Below, one piece after another: positions 25,250 through 34,100 of a DNA stretch of 54,122 nt (position 1 is its first letter; the number at the start of each line of letters is the position of its first letter). Under the pieces are notes generated by a model that saw nothing but the letters and a program-made list of their open reading frames with translations, made no database searches and was not told the DNA's origin. The position numbers were made by a program, and so were the translations under genes. Origin of the DNA: a virus (taxonomy: Duplodnaviria; Caudoviricetes); the IMG/VR virus record IMGVR_UViG_3300036830_000174, positions 1 through 54,122 of that record. One strand, written 5' to 3'.

Positions 25250-25771
25250 GTGGAACTCCCGACCCCCGAAGCGCTCCGACAGTTCAGTTCCGTGCTCACG
25301 GCGCGGCTCCCGGAGGACGGCGGCGCGAACGACGCCTACCTGACGCGCGCCGCGAGCGTCGAGGGCCCGCTCGTCGCGCGCATGACGGGACGGAAAATCG
25401 GCTTCCCCAAGATGCCCGGGCACAAAGTCGAGGAATGGCTCGAACCAATCGCCGTCAACGTGATCGCGCTGCGCATCGAGCGCTCGGTGATTCTCGGCTT
25501 CAAGGCGAAGACGCGCCAGGCGACCGTCGAGGGCGCGCGTCTCTCGAGCTTCTCCGCCGGCCCGTACTCCGAGAGCTACCAGCCGATGGCGGCCGAGTTC
25601 TCCGGCCACGTGCTCGACCCCGACCGCGCGATCCATGACCTGCTGTGGGAGCTCTGCACCGAAGAAAAGCGCGGATGGTGGCGCGCGTACTGGGGCGGCT
25701 ACAACGTGCCCGCCGGCGCGGCGCAGTCGGTCCCGTGGGCGCTGCCCGGGCGCGTGCGGCAGGGGTACTAG
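25250..25771 (+). CDS. Head-tail adaptor
   Basis: Position; LSSFSAGPYSESY motif. Confidence 0.6.
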   Translation: MELPTPEALRQFSSVLTARLPEDGGANDAYLTRAASVEGPLVARMTGRKIGFPKMPGHKVEEWLEPIAVNVIALRIERSVILGFKAKTRQATVEGARLSSFSAGPYSESYQPMAAEFSGHVLDPDRAIHDLLWELCTEEKRGWWRAYWGGYNVPAGAAQSVPWALPGRVRQGY

Positions 25772-25774
25772 GCC

Positions 25775-26176
25775 GTGCCGCTCTCGAGCGTCACCGAACA
25801 CACCGTCACGCCTCTCACCGAGAACGCCTCGGGCAACTACATCGAGGGCGAGGCCGATGTCACGCTCGAGCGCGGCCGTCCGTTCCCCGGCGTGCTGTTC
25901 CTGCCGGCGACGCAGCAGCTCAACCGCATGGGCCGCCAGGTCACGAAGCCGACGCTGATGTACGAAACGAGCCAGGAAGATGACGAGGGCGAATTCGTCG
26001 CGATACTGCGCTCGGGTGATCGCGTCGGGATCGTCGCCGAAGAGCAGAACATCGCGCAGGGCCTCGACCCCGCCGCCGAGCTCGTGTGGGTCGTCGACGG
26101 CACGCCGCAGCCGCTCGGCCGTCCGGGCGATGAACCGAAGGCGATCATGGTCGCCGTGCGAGCGGTGGAGGACTGA
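25775..26176 (+). CDS. Head-tail stopper/closure protein
   Basis: Position; LRSGDRV...WVVDGTP motif. Confidence 0.6.
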   Translation: MPLSSVTEHTVTPLTENASGNYIEGEADVTLERGRPFPGVLFLPATQQLNRMGRQVTKPTLMYETSQEDDEGEFVAILRSGDRVGIVAEEQNIAQGLDPAAELVWVVDGTPQPLGRPGDEPKAIMVAVRAVED

Positions 26177-26430
26177 TGGAGGGGCGCCAGCTGCCCGACG
26201 GCGAGATAGCTGGCGAGGCGTGCTTCGAGCCGGGCGTCTACGGCCGCATCAAGGAGAACGGCGACTGGTACGCGTGCACGCCGCCGGGGATGCTCGCGAA
26301 CCTTGCCGGGCACGACGTCGTCGAGCACGATGACGGCACGATCACCGCGAGCCCTTCGATTCTCGTCGGCGACGGCACCGGCCGCCAGTGGCACGGCTAC
26401 CTCGAGCGCGGCGTCTGGCGGAGCTGCTGA
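26176..26430 (+). CDS. DUF6527-like protein
   Basis: DGTITASPSIL...WHGYLERGVW motif. Confidence 0.6.
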   Translation: MEGRQLPDGEIAGEACFEPGVYGRIKENGDWYACTPPGMLANLAGHDVVEHDDGTITASPSILVGDGTGRQWHGYLERGVWRSC

Positions 26431-26432
26431 GC

Positions 26433-26987
26433 GTGGGCTATACGCAGGTCGGCGACCTCGAGGCGATGTTCGCCGTCGAGCCGTGGGAGCGCTGCGCCGA
26501 ACGGATCACTAGGCGCTGCGGCGATCGCCTGCTCGAGCTGGCGCGCGCGTACACGCCGATCGCCGTCGTGGACCCCGAAGAGCAGTTCGCGCGCGGGCGC
26601 GTGCCGGGCACGCTCAAGGAGAAATGGCGCATCGGCGAGGTGCGACTGCTCGGCACCGGGCACTTGGAGGTCGTCATCGAGAACAACGACCCGATCGCGC
26701 GCTACGTCGAGTATCCGACCAAACCGCACACGATCCGTCCGAAAGCCGACCGCCAGGCCGCCAGCGTGGTCGAGACGCGCAAGCCGCGCGGCACCCTGCA
26801 GGACGGGCGCGCGCATCTGCGCTTCAAGGTCGGCGGCCGCGTGGTCTACGCCCGCGAAGTGCATCACCCCGGCACGCACGGCGCGTTCATGCTCACGCGC
26901 GCGCTGGCGACGCTCGCCACGGAGTGGCCATCGATCGCGCGCGAGGAGATTGCGCGTACGGCGTCAGAGGTAGGCTCGACGCTGTGA
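26433..26987 (+). CDS. HK97 gp10-like tail completion/neck protein
   Basis: TPI..GTL...W, ARYVEYPTKPHTIRPK, VHHPGT.GAFML.RAL. Confidence 0.75.
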   Translation: MGYTQVGDLEAMFAVEPWERCAERITRRCGDRLLELARAYTPIAVVDPEEQFARGRVPGTLKEKWRIGEVRLLGTGHLEVVIENNDPIARYVEYPTKPHTIRPKADRQAASVVETRKPRGTLQDGRAHLRFKVGGRVVYAREVHHPGTHGAFMLTRALATLATEWPSIAREEIARTASEVGSTL

Positions 26988-27619
26988 GCGCGGCCAACAC
27001 GCAGAACGACGCGCACATGAGCCTGCGGCGCTGGGCGGCGCTGATTCTCGGCAACACGCTCGCCGGCAACCCGTGGACCGTCGTCACGCAGGAACAGGCC
27101 GTGCCCGACGAGAGGCGCCCGGTCGCCGTCGTTGCGCCCGCGACCGAGCTCACGGTGCTGTTCGCTCGCCAGACGCCGGTCGCCGGCGACGTGCGCGTGC
27201 AACAGGGGCTCGTCGTCACGGCCTACACGGAGATGACCGACGGCGAGGGCAACGCTCTCTCCACGCGCGCCGCGCGCCGGCGAGCGACCGAAGTCGCTGA
27301 CCTGCTGATGAACGGCCTGCTGATTGGCTTGGAAGACGACGACGGCTCGGCGCTGTGCGGCCCGATGGACATTCCGATCTACGACTACGACGGCGTAGCG
27401 GTCGAGGGACCGGAACGCGGGCCGGGTCCGAACAGGCCGTACGGCATGATGGAGGCCCTGTCCTCGAGTTCCGAGCCGATCCCCGACCCAGACGATGACC
27501 GCCGCTGGACTGTCGTGCTGAACCTCCGTCTGGCGTGGTGGCGAGCAGGTCGCGCGCGCGCCGGCGGACCGCCTCCTCCGCAGACGGGCTCGATGCCTGC
27601 CACGTGGGTCGGACCCTAG
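26984..27619 (+). CDS. Putative tail terminator protein
   Basis: Position before sheath operon; GTGA overlap. Confidence 0.55.
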   Translation: MSAANTQNDAHMSLRRWAALILGNTLAGNPWTVVTQEQAVPDERRPVAVVAPATELTVLFARQTPVAGDVRVQQGLVVTAYTEMTDGEGNALSTRAARRRATEVADLLMNGLLIGLEDDDGSALCGPMDIPIYDYDGVAVEGPERGPGPNRPYGMMEALSSSSEPIPDPDDDRRWTVVLNLRLAWWRAGRARAGGPPPPQTGSMPATWVGP

Positions 27620-27631
27620 GCGGATCGCTTA

Positions 27632-27660
27632 CGGTTTGCCCTCGCGGTCGGCGGTACGAT
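27632..27660 (+). promoter_or_regulatory. Putative late promoter CGGTTT-N17-TACGAT
   Basis: 8 nt before ATG 27669. Confidence 0.55.
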
Positions 27661-27668
27661 GCCGCGCG

Positions 27669-28004
27669 ATGAGCGAGACGTCCACTGAGCAGGCGAAGCC
27701 GGGCAGCGGCCCGGACCGCGGGAAGGCCGCCACTCCGCCCGCAGCGCCGCCCGCCACTCCGCCCGCAGCGTCCCCGGATCCCGCGCCGGAGGGACCGCAG
27801 GAGTTCACCATCTCCAAGCTCGTCCAGCGCGCCGAGTCGCTGCTCGAAGTTTCGCCGCATGTCGTCGTGGCTGCGCTACACGATGTCGAGGCCGATGCGA
27901 CGCTCACGCTCGACGACGCCAAGCAGCGCGTCGAGGGCTACCTCGAGCACGTCGAGGTACGCGACGGCCGCGAGCCGCAGCCTGAGCAGGGGGCGAGTTC
28001 GTGA
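27669..28004 (+). CDS. YqzN/YkzM-like small protein
   Basis: FT...L...AE.LL.V.P.V..AAL....T...AK..VE.YL motif just before sheath, as in PBSX-type tails. Confidence 0.6.
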   Translation: MSETSTEQAKPGSGPDRGKAATPPAAPPATPPAASPDPAPEGPQEFTISKLVQRAESLLEVSPHVVVAALHDVEADATLTLDDAKQRVEGYLEHVEVRDGREPQPEQGASS

Positions 28005-29479
28005 GCAGCGGGACCTTCGTCAAGCCGGTGCTGCCGGGCTCGGCGATCACCTTCGTCGGGCAGGCGATACAGCGCGTCGCGCCGTCCTTCGCCGATGTCG
28101 TCGCGCTGCCCGTGACGCACACGTGGGGCCCGGTGAACGAACCGACGCTGCTCGAACGGTTCTCCGACTGGGAAGAGATCTTCGGTCCCGACGAATCGGA
28201 GGGACGGCGCGCGGTCCTTCAGGCATTCGCAGGCTCGAATCTCCCCGGCCGCGGCGGAGCCGGCGGCGTCTACGTTTCGCGCCTCGCGGGCTCGGGAGTC
28301 GCGAAGTCGGCGATCGCACTCACGAACACAAAATCCGCCGAAGTGGCGCTGAAACTGAAAGCGGTCTACAACGGCACCGCTGGCAACCAGATTTCTGTCG
28401 AGGTCGAGCACGACCCGAACACCGCTGGCAACGACCTGCTGATCGTCTTCTTCCGCGGCATCGAACGCGAGAGCTACAGCTACCTCGCGACGAACATCAA
28501 AGAACTCGGCGAACAGATCGAAAAACTGTCGGCGCTGCTCGATGTCGAAGGCTCGGTCATCACCGGCACGGGCCTCACGCAGATTTCCACGACGGCGCTC
28601 ACCGGCGGCAACGACGGACTGACACTGACGGGCACGCAGTACACGAACTTCCTGAACTCGATGAGCTTCCGCCCGTTCAGCCTGATCGCCTACGACGGCA
28701 CAGAATCGGCGATCATCCTGCAGTTCAACGCGTGGCAGAAGGAACAAGCCGCAGCCTTCCGGCCGGTCATGTTCTTCTGCGGGGGTGCCACTGGCGACAC
28801 GGTCTCCGCAGCCGCGACGCGCGCCAGCGAACTCGCTGACCCGCACGCAGTCACGCTCGGCGTCGGCGAATACTTCGATGACCTGCTGCAGCGGACGCTG
28901 AGCACGGCCGAACTCGCACCGCGCCTCGCTGGCATCTGCGCCGCGCGCGGGCAGAAGGCGAGCCTGACCTTCGCCGACCTCGGTGGCCTGCACGCCGTCG
29001 GCTCCACAGCACCCAGCGAGTCGCAGCTCGCCGTGCTGATGGAAAAGGGCGTGACAGCGATCCGCCAGACCGAGGACCCGGAAACGGACCTCATCATCTC
29101 CAAGGGCGTCACGACGTTCACGTCGAAGACGACCGAAGGCAAACCCTACGAAGTGTTCAGCGACCCGCGGCTCGTCCGCGTCATGGACCTGTTCATCCGC
29201 CGGATGAAGCTGTGGGGCGACGAGAACATCATCGGTGACACGACAGTCACCGACGACTCGCGCGCGAGCGTCCGGGCGCAGGGCAACAAGGAACTGGAAA
29301 AGCTCAAGGACGAAGGGCTGATCCTGCCGGAAGATAAGACGGCCGACCCGCCGGTGCCCGCGCCGTTCATCGCGACACCGTCCCCGGAAGTCGGCCTGCT
29401 CGACGCGATCCCCTTCAACTTCGGCTGGCAGTTCGCGCGGACCGCCAACTACATCATCGGCAACGGAGTCGTGAAATAA
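28001..29479 (+). CDS. Tail sheath protein (XkdK-like)
   Basis: KPVLPG, WGPVN, A.YNGTAGN.I.V, LTGG.DG, SLTF, KGVTT, RLVRVMD. Confidence 0.9.
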   Translation: MSSGTFVKPVLPGSAITFVGQAIQRVAPSFADVVALPVTHTWGPVNEPTLLERFSDWEEIFGPDESEGRRAVLQAFAGSNLPGRGGAGGVYVSRLAGSGVAKSAIALTNTKSAEVALKLKAVYNGTAGNQISVEVEHDPNTAGNDLLIVFFRGIERESYSYLATNIKELGEQIEKLSALLDVEGSVITGTGLTQISTTALTGGNDGLTLTGTQYTNFLNSMSFRPFSLIAYDGTESAIILQFNAWQKEQAAAFRPVMFFCGGATGDTVSAAATRASELADPHAVTLGVGEYFDDLLQRTLSTAELAPRLAGICAARGQKASLTFADLGGLHAVGSTAPSESQLAVLMEKGVTAIRQTEDPETDLIISKGVTTFTSKTTEGKPYEVFSDPRLVRVMDLFIRRMKLWGDENIIGDTTVTDDSRASVRAQGNKELEKLKDEGLILPEDKTADPPVPAPFIATPSPEVGLLDAIPFNFGWQFARTANYIIGNGVVK

Positions 29480-29482
29480 GCC

Positions 29483-29986
29483 ATGCCCGGTGTAGGCCCC
29501 ACTTCTAGCCTTCCGCCCGCCGCACGCCGGCGCGGCCGCTCCGGCACCGCCTGGCGCGAAGGCAACATGCTCGGCGAGGTGACGCAGGTCAACTGGGACG
29601 TCACCCTGCAGCAGATCGACGTGCCGCTCGCCGGCTCGTGGCGCAACGGCCAGACGGCTGGCCTCGAGACGCGCACGGGCACCTTGCAGCACCAGGACGT
29701 CGACGACCGTTTCAAGCTCGAGGTGTGGAACTACATACAGGCGCGTCGAAACGGCGACCGCTCGGCGCACCCCCCGATCTTCGACCTCGTCGTCGTCATC
29801 GACGACATCGGCGCGCCGCAGGCCACACGGTGGATGCTGCAGGAATGCCAGCTCTACACCTACTCTGGCGGCTACTCGAACGAAGACGACCTCATCACTC
29901 GCCAGATCCCGTTCTCGTTCGTGGACGACCGCCCGCTGGACGCCTACGAATACGGCGGCTCCGGCATCGTCGTTACCGAACGCTGA
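29483..29986 (+). CDS. Tail tube protein (XkdM-like)
   Basis: Follows sheath; G.AW.EG..LGEV, IDD, IPFSF motifs. Confidence 0.8.
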   Translation: MPGVGPTSSLPPAARRRGRSGTAWREGNMLGEVTQVNWDVTLQQIDVPLAGSWRNGQTAGLETRTGTLQHQDVDDRFKLEVWNYIQARRNGDRSAHPPIFDLVVVIDDIGAPQATRWMLQECQLYTYSGGYSNEDDLITRQIPFSFVDDRPLDAYEYGGSGIVVTER

Positions 29987-30000
29987 GGCGGCGTGCCCCC

Positions 30001-30363
30001 GTGGTCTTCGACTACGAGGCGGCGTGGAGCGATCTTCTCCACCTTCTCGCCTCCGATCCCCGTCCGAACTGGTCAGCGCGCCAGTTGCGCGATCACATGG
30101 GGCTCATCCTCGACCGGCGGCGCGTCAACGAGGCGGCGCTACCCGGTCTACTGCGCCTGCACGGCGTGCAGCTCGACACTCACTTGCAGGTCCAACCGGG
30201 CGATGCGTCCCCCACTCCACCGGCGATCGGACATGCCGGCGCGACGGTCTCGGGCGATCGTTCCCAAACGATGACACCAGGAGGTAGTCACGATGGCGGA
30301 GAGCGAGAAGGACACGCAGGCCAGGATCGCGGAGGCGCACGCGCGCCCCGCGTCGTCGCCTAG
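30001..30363 (+). CDS. Hypothetical protein
   Basis: Fills tube-chaperone gap; overlaps next gene by 71 nt. Confidence 0.4.
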   Translation: MVFDYEAAWSDLLHLLASDPRPNWSARQLRDHMGLILDRRRVNEAALPGLLRLHGVQLDTHLQVQPGDASPTPPAIGHAGATVSGDRSQTMTPGGSHDGGEREGHAGQDRGGARAPRVVA

Positions 30364-30901
30364 CAGCGGCGAGCCGGGAGACGGCCTGTCGCCAGGCGCG
30401 CCGAGCGCCGTACGAGACGCTGCCGCCGGGGGCGAACTCAGCGCCGAGGGCAACCGCAGCGCGGTCGCGTGGCTGATGCAGCCGCAGCGCCCCGCGAAGT
30501 TCCGCGTCAAGACGCAGTTCGAGACCGAGGACGGCACGAAGGACCTGACCTTCCGCATCCGCCAGGTCGACTCCAAGGACATCGACGCGATCGAGAAGCG
30601 CAACATCAACGAGACGACCGGGCGGCTGAACCGTGTCGTGGCGAACGCGGAAATCGTCGCGCTGGCGTGCTTCGAACTCGTGGACGACACGGGCGCGACT
30701 GTCGATCCGACTGCGGACGAGTTCCGCACGACGCCCGACGGCAAGAAACTGCCGTCCAAGGCCGTCGCCTTCGAGCAGCGCTTCTTCTACCAGGAGGGCA
30801 TTCTCGGCCAGGTCGCCGACGAGGTCCGGCGCATCTGCGGCTGGTCTCCCGACCGCGTTGGCACCGCGCAGCGCGAGCTCGTGGAGGCAGCGGGAAACTA
30901 G
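30293..30901 (+). CDS. Tail assembly chaperone (XkdN-like), short form
   Basis: AGGAGG RBS; position; ends in G GGA AAC TAG. Confidence 0.8.
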   Translation: MAESEKDTQARIAEAHARPASSPSSGEPGDGLSPGAPSAVRDAAAGGELSAEGNRSAVAWLMQPQRPAKFRVKTQFETEDGTKDLTFRIRQVDSKDIDAIEKRNINETTGRLNRVVANAEIVALACFELVDDTGATVDPTADEFRTTPDGKKLPSKAVAFEQRFFYQEGILGQVADEVRRICGWSPDRVGTAQRELVEAAGN

Positions 30902-31131
30902 TCCGCTCGCGGGGTGCATTGTGGACGGCCTACTGCCAGTGGCGCTTCCGCGGTGCACCCCCGTACGAGACGCTCTGCGGCGAGCCGCCGGGCCCGTGGC
31001 CGTCGCGCCTCGACGCTGTGATGACAGCGTTCGCGCTGTACGCCGGCGAGCAGGAGGGAAGCGTGCTGACGGTGGTCGAAGCCTTCGGCGAGGGCATGTC
31101 GGGCAACTCGACGCCAGGCTGGCAGGCGTGA
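30293..31131 (+). CDS. Tail assembly chaperone, -1 frameshifted long form
   Basis: Slippery GGGAAAC at 30892-30898; -1 frame open to 31131. Confidence 0.75.
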
Positions 31132-31167
31132 GTATGCACATATGGCATATAGCGATGGCGCGTTGAG

Positions 31168-34100
31168 ATGGACGGCACCGTCAGCGGCAAGTTCGAGCTC
31201 AACGCCGAGCAGCCGCGCGGCGAGCTCAACGCCACGCAGCGCGACGCGCGTGCGCTGAAAGGCACCCTCGAGGAGCTAGGGCGCACGATGGACTCGCTCG
31301 GCGGCCAGTCGAGCACGCGCGGGCTGCGCAGCTACCGAAGCGAGATCCGCAGCCTGCGCAACGACGTCGTCACCACGGCCGAGACGATCGAGGACCGCTG
31401 GCACTCGATGGAGCGCAGCGTCGTGGACAGCGTCGGCGTGCAGATCGCCGCGGTGCGCAACCTGCGCCGGGAGGTCAACGACCTCGGCCACGATCGCGGC
31501 CGCGCGAGCGTCAGCGTCGGCGGCGTCGATGAGGCGATCGCGAAGATCAAGGCTCTCGAGGCCGAGCTCGACGCGCTGGACCGCCGGCGAGCGCGCGCGC
31601 ACGTGGGCGTCTCCGGCGGTGGCGGCGGTGGCTCGGGCGGCGGCTCGCGCTCCTCGCTCTCGCCGGCGACCGAATCGCAGGCCCTGACGCGGGAGTTCAC
31701 GGCGATGCGCGCGTGGATGCGCGGGCACTCGACGTTCTGGAATAACACGCCGATGGGCGACTCGGGTCCAGGCGTGCCCGGCTTCGGCTCGGGTAGCGGT
31801 GGTGGCTCGAGCGGCGGCGGGATCGGCCGCGGGGCAACGACCGACGTCGAAGACGCCGGTCGCGCGGCGCGCTCGAGCACGCACGACTTCTCGATCTTCG
31901 GCCTCGGCCTGAAAGAGCTCGCGCTCGTGGCCGGCGCGGCGCTGCCGATCATTCAGTCGCTCGGCGGCGCCGCTGTGGCGCTCGGCGGGTCGTTTGCGAT
32001 GGCTGCCGAGGGCCTCGGCGCGGTTGGCGTCGCCGGCGCGTCGTCGCTGCTCGTCGGCATCGGGTCGATCGAGGCCGTGGCGAAGCCGGCCGTCTCGGCG
32101 CTGGGCGAAGTATGGAAGGCCGAAACGAGCCTCGAACAGGCGCAGGTCGTCGGCACGCAGAGCACGTTGCAGCACATGCAGGCCGTCGACCAGTTGACGA
32201 ACTCGCAGGAAGCTCTCTCGCAGTCGCAGTTCCAAGCGCGCATGGCGCAGGAAGGGCTGACCACCGCCCGCCGCGAAGCGCGCCGAGCGTTGCAGGACCT
32301 GAACATGACGACGAAGGAAGGCACGCTCAACGAAACGCAGGCGAAAATCCAGTTGCAGCAGTCGCGCCTGACGCTCTCCGAAGCGGAAATCACGACGCCG
32401 GGCGCGAGCCCAAACGAAGAAATCACGCTCTCGAGCGATCGCCTGGCCGTGCAGCAGGCAAAGCTCGGCCTCGAACGCTCGAAAGTCACGCAGGGGCGCA
32501 ACCGCGAAGACCTGGCGCGCGCGCGCCGGCAGGGCGTCGGCGGCAACCCGCAGGTCCTGCAGGCGCAGAACGCGCTGACCAACAGCGTCGCGCAGGAGGC
32601 GCAGGCGCGCCGCGCGCTGCAGGAGTCGGAGATAAGCCTCAAGGGCGGCGGCTCGGCGCTGGTCGGCGCACGCGAAGCGCTGAACAAGGCGCTGGCGAAA
32701 GCGCCGCCCGGCACGAAAGCGCTCGTCGCCGACGCGCGCGAATTCCGCACTCAGTGGCGCGCGGCAACGCGCGGTGCCTCCGCGGACTTCACGGGGCTAC
32801 TGGACGACGCCGTCAAGACTGGCAAACAGATCATGCCGACCATCTCGCGCGCGAGCAACGAATCCATGATCGCGCTGCGCCGCCAGGGCGACGACTTCCT
32901 GCACTACCTCGCCTCGGACTCGACGCGCCGTTGGGTCGAATCCTCCGAGCGCATGTTCACGTCGAACCTCGAAGGCGAGCGCAAGGCGGCGCAGAACACA
33001 GCCACGACGCTGATGCACGTCTCCGAGGCGGCCGCGCCGTTCCTGCACGAAATGGTGATCGGCCTCGACCACATGACCGAACGCTGGTCGACGTCGACGC
33101 GCAACGTCGGCGCGTTCCGCGAACGCCTGCGGCCGCTCGTCAACGACGCCCGCGACTGGTGGCACCTGATGGACGCCGGCACGCACCTGATGGGCGACCT
33201 GTTCCGCGCGGGCGCGCCGTCGGGTTCGAGCATGGTCGTGAACTTCACGCACACCCTGGAAGGCTGGGACAAGTGGATCAACGAAAACCCCGAAAAGGTG
33301 CAGTCGTTCTTCCGCGAAACCATCAGCTCGACCGAAAAGCTGTTCGGTGCCATCGGGCAGATCATCCGCGGCGCCAACGAACTCGCCACGACGCTGCGCC
33401 CGCTGCTCAATGACTTCTCCGAGCTTGTCTCGGCCGCCGGCAACCTCGGCCTGCTCGGCTCGCCGATCGGCCTCGGCGGCGCGTATGCGCTCTACGGCCG
33501 CGGGCGCGCGGCGATCGCCAACCGCGGCGCGGCGAGCACCTCGAGCGCGGCCACCACGGCGGCGGCTCTCGGCGGCTCGATGGTCGGCGGCCGCGGCGCG
33601 GCGCGCGGCTCGCCGGTCCAGCTCGAGGGCGTCAGCAACGTGCGCACCGTCTCCACGACGCAGCGGATGCCCGACGGCACGTTCGTCGCGGGCCCCGTGC
33701 CGATCGGCCGGCAAATCGAGGACACGAGCGCGGGTCTGTTCGTCGGCGTCGCGCACGGAGCCACGCGCGGCGCGCGCGTGCGCTCGGGGCTGCGCGGCGC
33801 GGCCTCGAAAATCGGCACGGGACTCGGCGCTGGCGTCGAGGCCGTCGCGCCGTACTACCTGTTCTCGACGGGTCTGGAAGCGGCGGCGGGTAAAAACCCC
33901 TTCCAGTCGCGCAGTCCGCTCGGGTCGATCGCCAAGACGACGGCCTTCGGCGCTGCGGCTGGCGCGACGCTCGGCTCGATCGTGCCAGGGCTCGGCACGG
34001 GGATCGGTGCCGCCGGCGGCGCGATCGGCGGTGCCATCGGCGGTGGGATCGGTGCGCTTGCACATCTGCTCGGCCACCGCAGCGGCGAAGAAAAGGCAGC

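Noticed and set aside
27938-29770. Long minus-strand ORFs (e.g. 27938-29770, 32797-34347, 24374-25801) and long alternate-frame + ORFs
   Set aside because: Shadow frames of high-GC genes; Arg/Ala-rich, no motifs, fully overlapping confident genes
31128-31167. AT-rich palindromic spacer/mini-ORF before the tape measure gene
   Set aside because: Single occurrence, no matching site elsewhere
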